Source of the DNA: Octopus sinensis
Taxonomy: Eukaryota
Assembly: GCF_006345805.1 (NCBI RefSeq)
Contig: NC_042998.1
Location: 19,096,001-19,160,000 of the forward strand
Direction: 5' to 3'
Length of the DNA: 64,000 nt
The position numbers were made by a program, and so were the translations under genes. Numbering within the stretch: the first letter of the stretch is position 1; every line of letters starts with the position of its first letter. The notes beneath the pieces are model-generated. The model did not search any database. It had not been told where the DNA came from and worked only from the letters and a program-made list of their open reading frames with translations. Positions 12,684-25,860 of this stretch are shown here, piece by piece.

Positions 12684-12965
12684 TTGCTGGCTCATTAGGG
12701 CCGGTTTCCCGGTTTCCATGGCGTATAGGTTCCCTACCTGGACGGGACGCCGGTCCGTCTCAGGTGAGCTGCAAGATGCAGGAGGAAAGAATGAGAGAAA
12801 GTTGTGGCGAAAGAGTCAGCAGAAGTTCGCCATTACCTTTTGCCAGAGCCGTGTGGAGCTTAGGTGTTTCGCTCATAAACACACACACCGCCCGGTCTGA
12901 GATTCGAACCCGCGATCCCTCGACCGCGAGTCCGCTGCTCTAAACACTAGGCCATGTGCCTCCAC
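12684..12965 (-). mobile_element. SINE family C
   Basis: Reverse complement of family C head and body. Confidence 0.85.
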
Positions 12966-13226
12966 TGGTTAAAGCTATGTCATCTCTTAAGTGAATTTGT
13001 TATTCACTGATTTGCCTCAGACAACATTATTGACACAATATGATAAATTTTGGGAAAAGTACCTATAAAAAGAACCCAACACCAAAGATACAAAAAGGAA
13101 ATGATTTGAAGTGATTAGAGCTGAAACAAAATCTGTAGTTGACTTAGTCCTTAAACTTATGAAGTCGGTAATAATACTGCTATGGATTGACAATACAATG
13201 TTTCCACAAAGCAATAAATTTCTAAC

Positions 13227-13762
13227 AAATAAAATGCCAAAACGACTTTTGAATGTAAGTGTGAGATCCTGATTGTATTTCTATAGCTATATAGACATAC
13301 TAACAAATTAGACGATTCTATAAAAAAGATGGTATCACATGCCTTATTAGACCATGAATACAATGTTAGATTGCTGTGATAATGACGAAAAACATTTTGT
13401 GAGAGTGACAGCAGGGACACTGATATGTGTGCTGTGTACTGAAATTTTGCGGCGTAATACAGAATAGCAATTTAATATTCTTCTAACAAGAAGAACTAAC
13501 CCTGGTTTAAATAAAATGCCAAAATGACTTTTGAATGTAAGTGTGAGATCCTCATTGTAGTTCTATAGCTATATAGACATACTAACAAATTAGACGAATC
13601 TATAGAAAAGATGATATCACATGCCTTATTAGACAATGAATACAATGTTAGATTGCTGTGATAATGACGAAAAACATTTTGTGAGAGTAGCAGCAGGGAC
13701 ACTGATATGTGTGCTGTGTACTGAAATTTTGCGGCGTAATACAGAATAGAAATTTAATATTC
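13227..13762. repeat. Tandem duplication of ~254 bp (period 282 bp)
   Basis: aaataaaatgccaaa...aatttaatattc at 13227-13480 and 13509-13762. Confidence 0.9.
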
Positions 13763-15521
13763 GATGAAATGTTTGAAATCTTACTACACGAGAAACCTAC
13801 TCTAACTATTATATTTAAAGAAAAACCAACAGATTTAAGGTAATACTTGAATAAAAAATTCGAAGATTTTTATTTACTACAGAGACTTGTTCCTACACTG
13901 TACGCTCATTCGCTGTAAAGTGAAATAGAATAGAAAATAATAAGTGTGTCGTCATGTATTTCGAAAACGGAAATCCGTTCTGTAAGCTACAGAAAATATT
14001 AGCGATATGACAATACTTAAAAAAAAAAAGGAAACATATATTTATACTTTGAACCGAATGAATGCAAAACATTAAATATAAGCTTAGCATATACAAAGTA
14101 TATACTTTTTTAAAAATGAGTTAAAAGGTATTTGCAAGAAATTCCGGCATCACAATCTGAAGCTGAATAGAAAATATAACGATTAAGATTCCTTCGAGTC
14201 TCAACAGAAGTTAACAGTAAAGATTGAACTGTCAATAAATGTCACGAAGTGTACACCTGTAGAAGATATAGTCTGATGTTTTGAGAAACTCCTGGCTATT
14301 GGAAAAGGGGAGTTAAGAAGTATAGTGTAGCTCGGAGAATTCCGAATGAAATAGTGTCTCAGGTTTACATGAAAATCATACATTAATGATATGCCCTTCA
14401 GATTTTCATAGAATATTTCAGTATATGCAAAGAGCAGGGAGAGAAACTTGATTTTCGGACACCAATACACAATTCTAACCCTCTATTGTTATCGATCTCC
14501 ACCAAAAATCTCCCAATTGGGACGTTAATTTACCAGACAGAAACAAAATTGATGCAAAAATAATTTTCTCGTCTTCTTTTCGTCGTCTGTCTGTTCTAAT
14601 GATCCAGGAAAGCTTCAAGTCAAGGAAATCATACTTATTATAAAGATCATACATCAGGAAAAATCAGCACACGAATCCGACTCGCTATCACAACAACACC
14701 AGAATGCACATGCTCCTACCTTCTTTTCACATATTTGAGTAACGATTTATCTCATGTCCCATTTCTGCACCTGTCCCGAAGAAGAGGTCCTAACTCAGAA
14801 ATATCAAATTGCTAAGAAAAATGTAAATTGCTGTCGGGTATTGTACTTCACTTGGCATTTCATCTCGCATTGTTTCGGTCTTATCAAGCTTTTATTCGAT
14901 GTATTATCACACAATGCTTCGTCCATTAGTTCTTCGGTATTTTCGAAGTACAACAGACATAAAATAGTGTTTTACTGTGAGAAAGATAGTCACGGATTTG
15001 CTTGATAATATAATCTCTGACAGCGTGTGAAGAAATCAATGGCAGCTGTTCTTTGTGCAGAATAACTAAACTATAAATCTGACATACGTCGAATTTTTCC
15101 AGATTTTATTTTCTCTTCAGGAGCAGACAATAAAATTCTGATTATTCAGGCCTATATTTAATTCTGTTTTTCAGCTGTGTTTAGATAAATTGAAAAAAAA
15201 GAAAAGAAGCTTTAAGCTAAAGTAATAATTCCCAGGTGTATTTGTGCAGCGACTTAGGTTTAATTGAAACTTCTATGAGATACATGGTTCTATTCAATGG
15301 AAAAAGGAAATAATTAACCGAAATGATACGTCTGCGAGTATTATAAAAGGAAAATTCCATCACTTTTCTACACTCGCGCGACAAATTTAATATTAATGAC
15401 TGTCAAAGAATGAACATATTCTTTGCGGAGAACGTATTCTAATAATGAAGGTGATAACGTAATAATGGTACGTGCAAGCCAGCCTTTCACGGTTCTACAA
15501 AAGGTATAATGACTACAGTTA

Positions 15522-15732
15522 TACTCTTTTACTCTTTTAGTTGTTTCAGTCATTTGACTGTGGCCATGCTGAAGCACCGCATTTAGTCGAGCAAATCGAG
15601 CCCAGGGCTTATTCTTTGTAAGCCTAGTACTTATTCTATCGGTCACTTTTGCCGAACCGCTAAGTTACGGGGATGTAAACACACCAGCATCGGTTGCCAA
15701 GTGATGTTGGAGGGACAAACACAGATACACAA

Positions 15733-15808
<76 letters not shown>

Positions 15809-15952
15809 CATATATGCGACGGGCTTCTTTCAGTTTCCGTCTACAAAATCCACTCACAAGGCTTTGATCGGCCCAAGCCTAAAGTAGAAGACTGAACCCG
15901 GAACCATGTGTTTCGTAAGGAAGCTACTTACCACAGAGCCACTCCTACGCCT
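15522..15952 (-). mobile_element. tRNA-derived SINE family B (aggcgcaggagtggctgtgtggtaag head, internal microsatellite, (gagtaaaa)n tail)
   Basis: Multi-copy in window; box B gggttcagtcc. Confidence 0.9.
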
Positions 15953-17199
15953 ATAAAAATATTTTCTGAATAACGTATCCCACCACATTTTGTTTCAAAA
16001 CTTACCTATGTATAACAAACCATTAATTGCCAGACTCCAACAATGGACATTTCGTGTATGTGTAATCGTAAATAATATCAATGGTGTTTGAGGTATAGAT
16101 TTCCAAAAATGGCAGTTTACTCTTGAGAATGTTCCCAAACAATTCAAAGCAATGCATCGATGGTTCCGTGGTCCGCAACCTAGAAATGCCTTGTAATTTA
16201 GTTTAAAATAGTTGTGAAGAAGAATGTTATAGGATATATTCTTTAATAATGACTTTAGTGTTAACCATTCAATGCACAGGTATATATTTAAGAAAGATTG
16301 AACTCGGATAGAAACGTAGTGAGACTCCCTAATAAACGACGCATTCACTTGTAGATTCGTTCGGAGATTCCGTGTGGGTATCATGGAATAATTATTGATT
16401 ATTGTACTGGTTTAAATACATTTGTATTCATCCTTTTGTTAGTCCAACATTTTAACACAGACATAATGTCTCATTTGCAAGTTTCTTTCGGAAGGAAGTT
16501 GACTACGTTGTGTTGATTTCTTAGATAAGCGTCAAATAAACCTCACGTGATTTATGTATTGCGAGGCGGCCATAAATATCTAACACGTCATTGCTGTATA
16601 GAAGACTATAAATCATTTATTCAAATTACAATTATTCACGCCTATGAACGCTCATCAATTAAAACTACTCAAGCTATTGAAATTTATGCAGTCCTCTTAA
16701 AGAACTATAATGCTATATGGAGTATAGTCTCATTTATTATTAATAACATAAAATCGAATTCTAATTAAGATATTTAATGCAAGAAATTGACACTAATATA
16801 GATTGACATATATGTGTGTGTGCACGTACGAGTGTGTGTGTGTGTGTGTGTGCGCACTTAAACATATTCAAGTATTTGTATACATTTAAGTATAATTTGT
16901 GTGTGTGTATGTGTGTGTGCACGTGTATGTGTACGTGTGTGTGTGCACTGATGAAGAATAAACGAACTGTAGGTTAATTGAAATGCTTTTGTGACACTTT
17001 AACTCTTTTATGGACAAATTCGCTATAGTTGCAGTTAAGAAAATGTTCTCTCTTATTACAATAAGGTGTACAAATACCATATTCACAGTGTGTTTACACT
17101 GTATCTGCTGCGAGCTTACCTTTACAAGTGAAAATGTGTCATAAATATATTTTAGCAAGCTTAAAGCTCTTTTATTCCCCATCGCTACTGCACTTAGCC

Positions 17200-17830
17200 G
17201 AGGTAATAATCAAATGCGGTGTCTTCCAAGGAGACTCTTGTTCACCTCTGTTATTTGTTATAGCCTTGATCCCACTTTCTGTAGTCCTACGTAAAATCAA
17301 CGTGCACTATGAGCTGAGAAAGAACGGACCTCATCTCAACGATCTCTTTATGGATGAGTTAAAACTTTTCGAAAGAATAGAGCCTGAATTGGAGAGGCAT
17401 GAATTGGAATTCGGCATGTCGAAGTGTGCAGGGCTTAATTTGAAGCGAGGGAAAAGTGTAATTTGTAGTGGCATAGAATTGCCAAACGGAGAGAGAATAG
17501 AAGATCCGGAAGATGATGGGTACAAGTACCTTCGGATCCTGGAGCTAGACAGTATCTTACACAGAGAAATTAAAGACAAGCGCCTCAAATTTCTCCTGTA
17601 ATCAAAGCTGATCTCAAGGAACCTTGTGACTGCCATCAATGTACGGGCTGTTACTGTAGTCCGCTGTAGTGCTCCTATCCTGAGATGGACACAAGCGGAT
17701 ATTGACCAACCCGATCGCACTATCCGAAAGACAATGACAATGCATGGTGCCCTCCACACTAAGGCAAATGTACACAGGCTCTACGTCAAGAGAGGTAAGT
17801 GTGGACGTGGGCTGATTAGTGTACACTAAT
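17200..17830 (+). mobile_element. R4/Dong-clade non-LTR retrotransposon RT fragment (pseudogenised)
   Basis: GVFQGDSCSPLLFVIALIPLS, LFMDELKLF, FGMSKCA, YKYLRILE, and after a stop ALHTKANVHRLYVKRGKCGRGL. Confidence 0.85.
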
Positions 17831-18546
17831 CGAGGTTGGTGTTGTTCATATCTTTTCATGAAGAAAAACATTGTAAAAAAAATAAAATGAAAATAGAAGT
17901 AAAGTTAAAATCGAAAATAGAAAAGATGACGAACCGACAAGTGTTTTGAGTGACTGAATATATTAAACAGCGAAATTTTCTAAACCAATCTCATGTTCCA
18001 CATTTGTAGCTTACTCTCGTATTCATTTCCGAGAAGTGCATTATCACGCCCGAGACAATGAAACCCTAGTAAAATTCAGTCGTGCTGTTATAAATAACCA
18101 CATAATGTAATTTGCGGTATAAATTCATTTTTAGAAACAAGATCTAATATTGACTACCATGAATTCTTTTATGCCGCACATTGCATCCTCTTATAGGCTA
18201 CATACATGAAACATGCACTGTTTTGTCATAGATAAGGCTGGAGGGATTTGAACATACAAAAAGTTGGAGCGAAAAATACATGGAAACAATTAGCTCCAAC
18301 ACGAATTTCTTTGTCTTCTGTCAGCTAAATATGACACGTAAGTGTTCTATAGTGTTTATCTGCACACACCTAGAGAGGTACAGTTACGCACTCTTATCGA
18401 CTTATCGAGAAACACAAACACCTGAATATATATGCTCACCAATGTGCGATTGCACATGCATCCATATATGTGATTGTATTATTTGCGTTATATGTAAATA
18501 TGTGTGAACGGTTGCGTGTGAGAGTGTGTATGTGTGTGCTTGCTGC

Positions 18547-18587
<41 letters not shown>

Positions 18588-18622
18588 TGTATGTATATAA
18601 ATCTTTATACACTTGTATTATA

Positions 18623-18659
<37 letters not shown>

Positions 18660-18708
<49 letters not shown>

Positions 18709-18724
18709 TAGATGATAGATAGAT

Positions 18725-18791
<67 letters not shown>

Positions 18792-18822
18792 GGATAGATA
18801 GATTAATAGATAGATAGATATA
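18660..18822. repeat. (TA)n-(GA)n-(GATA)n compound microsatellite
   Basis: Direct inspection. Confidence 0.95.
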
Positions 18823-19511
18823 TTTACAGATATAAGTTGCAAGCACAGTAACATATATCGGCTATGCTTCACGCGCAAATACCAAAAGCATGAATATAAG
18901 TGCATGCACACAGACACGATGCAAACACACGCAAGCACGCATACATGTCCATCTAGATAAACAGACACTCATTTATAGTATACATATAAATACAGAAATG
19001 TACATAGATTCGACAATTATCCAAACATCAATATTAACAGGCGACGTACACTCATGTGCGCGCATAGAGGTGGTACCTCCGCACAGCTCTATAAACACAG
19101 ACACATACACGCACACAATCGTAACACAGGAACGCATACACACACACACACACACATGAAGTCGAGATACGCAGCTGACGCAAGCAACCACGGGTTCGTA
19201 AATAGTCACATACCTCCAATCTGCCACCAGTCATGTCCACAAGTATTCCAATAAAACAGCCCGTATTAGTGGACACAAGCCCGCTCCTCTATCCAACGTC
19301 GCAGCATCAGCAGTAGATGAATCAATAGCTGAAAATCTGCAACTATTTGTTGCCTAAAGAGAACATGGGAGAAAAATATTAGAACTCTTAGGCCTTTAGT
19401 AATAATATAAGTATAGTAATAATTGTGAAGCTATAGTAGTGAATAAGTAAATAATAAGATACGGAGAGATTATAGGAATAGTAGTGAAATTATGATAGTG
19501 AATAGGTGAAT

Positions 19512-19704
19512 AGGCGCTGAAGTGGCTGTGTGCTAAGTAGCTTGCTTACCAACCACATGGTTCCGGGTTCAGTCCCACTGCGTGGCATCTTGGGCAAGTG
19601 TTTTCTGCTATAGCCCCGGGCCGACCAATGCCTTGTGAGTGGATTTGGTAGACGGAAACTGAAAGAACCCTGTCGTATATATGTATGTATATATATATAT
19701 GGGT

Positions 19705-19775
<71 letters not shown>

Positions 19776-19993
19776 TTCGTGTGTCTGTGTTTGTCCCCCT
19801 AGCATTGCTTGACAACCGATACTGGGGTGTTTACGTCCCCGTCACTTTGCGGTTCGGCAAAAGAGACCGATAGATTAAGTACTCGGCTTACAAAGAATAA
19901 GTCCCGGGGTCGATTTGATCGACTAAAGGTGGTGCTCCAGCATGGCCGCACTCAAATGACTGAAACAAGTAAGAGAGTATAAGAGTAAAAGAG
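19512..19993 (+). mobile_element. SINE family B
   Basis: Full head, (TG)n core and tail. Confidence 0.9.
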
Positions 19994-20440
19994 GTAAATA
20001 TTTACCCAGATTGATAAATAACCAGAATGATTAAAATGTGGCGTTATGGAAACGTTGAGTCACCGGCAACTAAATCGGCAACCGGATGAATTTTCGACAC
20101 CCTGCGACATTAACAACAAAACCCGGCAAAGGGCAGAGTAATTCAGAAGAGTCCAGTGGCCAGACAGCCCAATGGGTAGACAGACATAGAGAACCTTTGT
20201 TGGCAGTCTGTCTATGAGAAGGAAAACTGATTCAAAACTGGGGTAGATAGGACTCCTTAGTCAGAGTGGTGACAACCTGCCACTGTCCAACAGCTCATTG
20301 CCTGAGATGAAGGCGAATGAACTACGAATCGTGACGTAGTCATGATGTGTATATTGGGCTTCGTGAAATTGTACCCCAGTGTCAACTTGATGTCATGCAT
20401 TAATCTTTCACTCAATAATAATAATAATAATAATAATAAT

Positions 20441-20789
20441 GTGCGCTGGGAATGATAGCAAAAGGGGCTGATAGCTACCTAACTCAGATACCAGGAAACC
20501 CAAAAATGGCAGAAGTTCAAAAGATAGTGCTCATGGGAACTGCTCATATCCTACGCAAAATACTCTCTATGTAATCTCAAGGTTTAAAACAAACATAATT
20601 TTCGGTTTAAAAAAAAAAAAAAAAAAACCTTTTTTTTTAGACATTCATTAGTACAACATCCCCACCCCCCAAATATAGGGCACACTAGGCATAACAACAA
20701 CATGAACTTCCAACCCTGTTGTCTCTTGAGGTCTCTGGGTGAGACTTGGAGCCAACTTGTACAAATATAAAGCAAAAGTCAAACATAGA
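20441..20789 (+). mobile_element. R4/Dong-like 3' end, subfamily 1 (REL endonuclease C-terminus plus 3' UTR) in (AAT)n
   Basis: ALGMIAKGADSYLTQIPGNPKMAEVQKIVLMGTAHILRKILSM*; flanked by (AAT)n on both sides. Confidence 0.8.
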
Positions 20790-20794
20790 ATAAT

Positions 20795-20875
<81 letters not shown>

Positions 20876-20901
20876 TAATACAATAATAATAATAATAATA
20901 C

Positions 20902-20954
<53 letters not shown>

Positions 20955-20967
20955 TAATAATAATAAT

Positions 20968-21267
20968 ACAAGGACTTGGAAGTAGAGGTAACCAGAATGT
21001 GGAATCTAAAAACAGAAACAATTCCTATCATAATAGGTGCGTTAGGCATGATAAAAAAATATTCAGACAAATACATAACAAAAACACCAGGACTTACAAA
21101 CACATATAACATACAGAAAATTGCACTACTAGGCACTGCACACATCCTACGCAGAACACTTTCCATACAATAACCATCAGAGCATCACAACAAATCACAG
21201 CACATACCCAAGGCACACAGAGCTGCGCTCGGTAGTGAAGTGAAAGCACGCTATAAAAATAAAACTA

Positions 21268-21271
<4 letters not shown>
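20968..21271 (+). mobile_element. R4/Dong-like 3' end, subfamily 2, in (AAT)n
   Basis: KDLEVEVTRMWNLKTETIPIIIGALGMIK...KIALLGTAHILRRTLSIQ*. Confidence 0.85.
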
Positions 21272-21346
<75 letters not shown>

Positions 21347-21347
<1 letters not shown>

Positions 21348-21652
21348 GTCAAAGACCTGGAAATAGAGGTAACCAGAATGTGGAATCTAAAATCAGAAAC
21401 AATTCCTATCATAGTAGGTGCATTAAGCATGATAAAAAAATATTCAGACAAATACATAACAAAAGCACCAGGACTTACAAACACATATAACATACAGAAA
21501 ATTGCACTACTAGGCACGGCACACATCCTACGCAGAACACTTTCCATACAGTAACCATCATAGCATCACAACAAATCACAGCACATACCCAAGGCACACA
21601 GAGCTGCGCTCGGTAGGGAAGTGAAAGCACGCTATAAAAAATATACTACTGA
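21347..21652 (+). mobile_element. R4/Dong-like 3' end, subfamily 2
   Basis: Same peptide and UTR; flanked by (AAT)n. Confidence 0.85.
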
Positions 21653-21658
21653 ATAATG

Positions 21659-21690
<32 letters not shown>

Positions 21691-21723
21691 TAATAATAAT
21701 AATAATAATTAATAATAATAATA

Positions 21724-22029
21724 AGTCAAAGACCTGGAAATAGAGGTAACCAGAATGTGGAATCTAAAATCAGAAACAATTCCTATCATAGTAGGTGCAT
21801 TAAGCATGATAAAAAAATATTCAGACAAATACATAACAAAAGCACCAGGACTTACAAACACATATAACATACAGAAAATTGCACTACTAGGCACGGCACA
21901 CATCCTACGCAGAACACTTTCCATACAGTAACCATCATAGCATCACAACAAATCACAGCACATACCCAAGGCACACAGAGCTGCGCTCGGTAGTGAAGTG
22001 AAAGCACGCTATAAAAAATATACTACTGA
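21724..22029 (+). mobile_element. R4/Dong-like 3' end, subfamily 2 (tandem duplicate of 21347-21652)
   Basis: Identical 5' truncation and shared variants. Confidence 0.85.
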
Positions 22030-22035
22030 ATAATG

Positions 22036-22088
<53 letters not shown>

Positions 22089-22089
<1 letters not shown>

Positions 22090-22404
22090 GAGTAGGAGGA
22101 GAACCCCTTCCTTCATGAATGACCATTGGATTGCACCTACAAAGTTACTTTCCAAGACACAAGTCTGGGCAAAGTTGTTTATGGAAGGCCAGCAGTCGCC
22201 CATGCATACCAGCCTCCCCTCTCCACACCACTGACGTTATCAAAGCTTGGCACCACTGATGTCGCAACTCATATCTACAGCTGAGTTAACTGGAGCAATG
22301 TGAAATAAGGTGTCCTGCTCAAAAACACAACACGCAGTCCGGTCCGGGAATCGAACTCACTCACAAACTCACGACGCTCAAAACACTGAGCCATGCGCCC
22401 TCAC
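22089..22404 (-). mobile_element. tRNA-derived SINE family D inserted in (AAT)n
   Basis: Reverse strand gggcgcatggctcagtg...gagttcgattccc tRNA-like head followed by a conserved-looking central domain. Confidence 0.7.
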
Positions 22405-22473
<69 letters not shown>

Positions 22474-22475
<2 letters not shown>

Positions 22476-22657
22476 TGGGCTCCACCTGCAAGGTCATGTG
22501 CTGTTTATCTTGATATGAGATCACCATGTCGCGCACATATGGTTGTGATGCATGTGCCTGGTGTACCCTTATCAGATGGGTAGTCATGATGGGTATACTG
22601 GGCTTCGTATATTTTACCCCAGTGTCACTTTGATGGCATGCTCTGCTCGCTCACTCA
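22474..22657 (+). mobile_element. 3' end of an unidentified AAT-associated retroelement (also 20340-20414)
   Basis: gtcatgatg..tatactgggcttcgt..taccccagtgtca..ttgatg.catgc...tcactc+(AAT)n occurs twice. Confidence 0.55.
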
Positions 22658-22675
22658 ATAATAATAATAATAATA

Positions 22676-22707
<32 letters not shown>

Positions 22708-22711
<4 letters not shown>

Positions 22712-23048
22712 TAGTATATTTTTTATAGCGTGCTTTCACTTCACTACCGAGCGCAGCTCTGTGTGCCTTGGGTATGTGCTGTGATTTGTTGTGATGCTCT
22801 GATGGTTATTGTATGGAAAGTGTTCTGCGTAGGATGTGTGCAGTGCCTAGTAGTGCAATTTTCTGTATGTTATATGTGTTTGTAAGTCCTAACGTTGTTG
22901 TTACGTATTTGTCTGAATATGTTTTTATCATGCCTAATGCACCTACTATGATATGAATTGTTTCTGTTTTTAAATTCCACATTCTGGTTACCTCTATTTC
23001 CAGGTCTTTGTATTTTGAAAGTTTCTCCATTTCTTTTAGAGACACGTG
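22708..23048 (-). mobile_element. R4/Dong-like 3' end, subfamily 2, reverse orientation in (ATT)n
   Basis: SLKEMEKLSKYKDLEIEVTRMWNLK...GTAHILRRTLSIQ*. Confidence 0.85.
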
Positions 23049-23131
23049 TTATTATTATTATCATTATTATTATTATCATTATTATTGTTATTATTATTAT
23101 TATTATTTTATTATTATTATTATCATTATTA

Positions 23132-23171
<40 letters not shown>

Positions 23172-23247
23172 CATTATTATTATTACTATTATTATTATTA
23201 TTATTATTATTATATTATTATTATTATTACTATTATTATTATTATTA

Positions 23248-23345
23248 TCGTAAGAGCACCGCAACAAACCACACTACATACCCAAGGAACACAGGCTTGC
23301 ACGCAGTAGTGCAGTGAAAACACGTGATAAAAATAAAACTAGTGA
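23248..23345 (+). mobile_element. Diverged R4/Dong-like 3' UTR remnant
   Basis: catacccaaggaacacagg...gtgaaaacacgtgataaaaataaaactagtgaa resembles subfamily 2 UTR. Confidence 0.55.
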
Positions 23346-24529
23346 AACGTGATGACATATATACATATATATATACATTCTCTAGATATATGTGTGGCGA
23401 AAGTGAGATTATATGCGAATTTCTCTGTTTATTTTATCATTTCCCTAAATATTTACAAATGTAGATGCACTATTAAAATGCTCATCAATCATTCATATAC
23501 GTTGTAGTTGGAGAGGAGGTATATTTTTACGAATTATGCTACGATTTACCTGTCATATGAAATTTGGCGTAACAAACAAAATTTGGTTTTCCCTCGTGAA
23601 CAATTATCCTCTATTCACAAAATATTGTGAAGTAGATAATTCCTGTTTATTGTGCGTTTTCTATTTAATACTCTCACTTGATTCTGGCAATCGAATATAC
23701 GTTTATGCATTTGTTTCCTTTGGTTTTGTCCCACCATTGAAAACTCATCGTAGAAGAAGCGAAGAATTGCAAATATTTATATTAAAATATACAATCAGGA
23801 CTATTGGTTATTGTTACACTGAGGAAGGGTTCTGAGTCATGTTTTCTTTTACCTTTGTAAGTTGCAAGGAAGCTGGATTTGACAGAATGAATACAACCAA
23901 AAGATTTTTCGTTTATGCCATGTAAATTCCTACGTATTTTTTTGTTTGGTGTTACTTAGACGTTAATACGATACAAGCTTACATGCTTCTCTCTATTCTA
24001 TAATCATGTGTACTTGCACCATTCTGTAATCCTGTGTTTGTCCCTATTTTATATTTTTGTATGCTGAAGCTTTTGTTGAAATTGATTAAACGGCTTGATG
24101 GAATAATATACAGGATTACCTATCTGTTCGGTCATTGGGGGAAGAATATCCGGTATTCAAATTGCATAATGCCATTGATAAAGCATATATGATTATTGAT
24201 TTGTTATGCCAGAAACAATAAATATTACTGAATAGGAAATGGTAAAACTGATTGAATCTATTTAACAAAAGACGTATCATCAGTTAACATTCTGAAATAA
24301 ATGTCCCAAACTAATTTTGTAACAAATTTTTATTCACACATTTCCGCCATTTCCGTTGCTTATTTGCTTTAATATAATTAAAATGCGTATTAGTTCTGTA
24401 TTGGCCACTCAGTTGTTTATTGGCCACTCATCAGTCGAATCATAATGACACACTCGAAACGTAATTCATTTCCCGTGCTATTTAAAGGTGTGAATGAGAG
24501 GTGGGTAGTCAATTTCATTGATCACAGAG

Positions 24530-24670
24530 GGGTACAGTCGATTAGATCAACTCTAGTACGCAACTGGTACTTAATTTATGGACCCCGAAATGCTGAAAGG
24601 CAAAGTCGACCTCGGCGGAATTAGAACTCAGAAGGTAAAGGCAGACATAAACTGCTAAGCATTTCGCCCG
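24530..24670 (-). mobile_element. SINE family A fragment
   Basis: aaaggcaaagtcgacctcggcggaattagaactcagaa. Confidence 0.75.
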
Positions 24671-25504
24671 CCTTTCCCATTCAAAATATTGTTTCATAAA
24701 AAAGATTAAAAAGAGATTTGCTAACATGTCCAACAGGTCAAAAGACACGGTAGAATAACTCTTTTCATACTATAAAACTGTTCTCATCATTCAAATAAAA
24801 TAATAATGTAAGACTAACCACGATTCTGATTTCATTCATAACCTGTAATTTAATTGTGCACAATTAAATACACGGCAGAAGTGAAAGAAACGGGTATTGA
24901 CAATGTTTTTATGAGTGCCTGGTTTCTACAAATATTACATATCCACATTACAATGGTTAAAATTATGTAACAATGATCTGTGAGATTATTTTGCTAATAA
25001 TATACATATACCACTCACACACGTACATGCATACGCAGATACACACACAACCACACCAACATATATTTTTAATTATTTGGGTGGAAAACGACTATGCGCT
25101 TATTGAATGGAATTTTGCGACAGTAACACGAAAAACAGAGTAAAATATTTTCAGAAAAACAAACGGCAAAAGATAAACTGTAACACTAACATGGCAACCA
25201 TTTTCTTTCGCCCGTCTTATAAACAACCAACAAGTCGACACTGCATTAGTGACATTGACAGTCTGGCTGTAATACAGACAGCTCTCGAGAGTGAAAACAT
25301 TTAGACTAACGTAGAAAAGGCATTGCAGACTACAACAGTTATGTCATTATTACAATAAATTGCAACTATTCTATATACGAAGTATACAAGAATAATTTCT
25401 GTTATTCTGTAGCCAAATTCTATAGCGGAAGAAATAACATAACTTTTTCAATATTCATGTCATTTGAAATGGGATGAAAACACTGCATGCAACAAATCTG
25501 CAAA

Positions 25505-25604
25505 NNNNNNNNNNNNNNNNNNNNNNNNNNNNNNNNNNNNNNNNNNNNNNNNNNNNNNNNNNNNNNNNNNNNNNNNNNNNNNNNNNNNNNNNNNNNNNNN
25601 NNNN
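25505..25604. other. Assembly gap (100 N)
   Basis: Run of N. Confidence 1.
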
Positions 25605-25860
25605 AGTGTCTTCTGCTAACCCCCGGGCCGACCCATGCCTTGTGAATGGATTTGGTAGATAGAAACTGAAGAAGCCTATGTATGTGTGTGTATATGTATG
25701 CGTGTCTGTGTTTGTCTCCCCAACATCACTTGACAACCGATGCTGGTGTGTTTACGTCCTCGTCACTTACCGGTTCAGCAAGAGACCGATAGAATAAGTA
25801 CTGGACTTACAAAGAATAAGTCCCGGGATCGATTTGCTCGACAAAAGGCTGTGCTCCAGC
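25605..25860 (+). mobile_element. SINE family B (5' end lost in gap)
   Basis: Family B body and tail motifs. Confidence 0.8.

Noticed and set aside
14560-14810. Weak GIY-YIG-like tail (LQVKEIILI) and HHR-like outline at ~14776
   Set aside because: Too degenerate, and stems I and III are not supported.
20790-23250. Repeat-spacer periodicity superficially like a CRISPR array
   Set aside because: Units are ~300-bp retrotransposon 3' ends separated by AAT tracts in eukaryotic DNA, and no cas genes are present.
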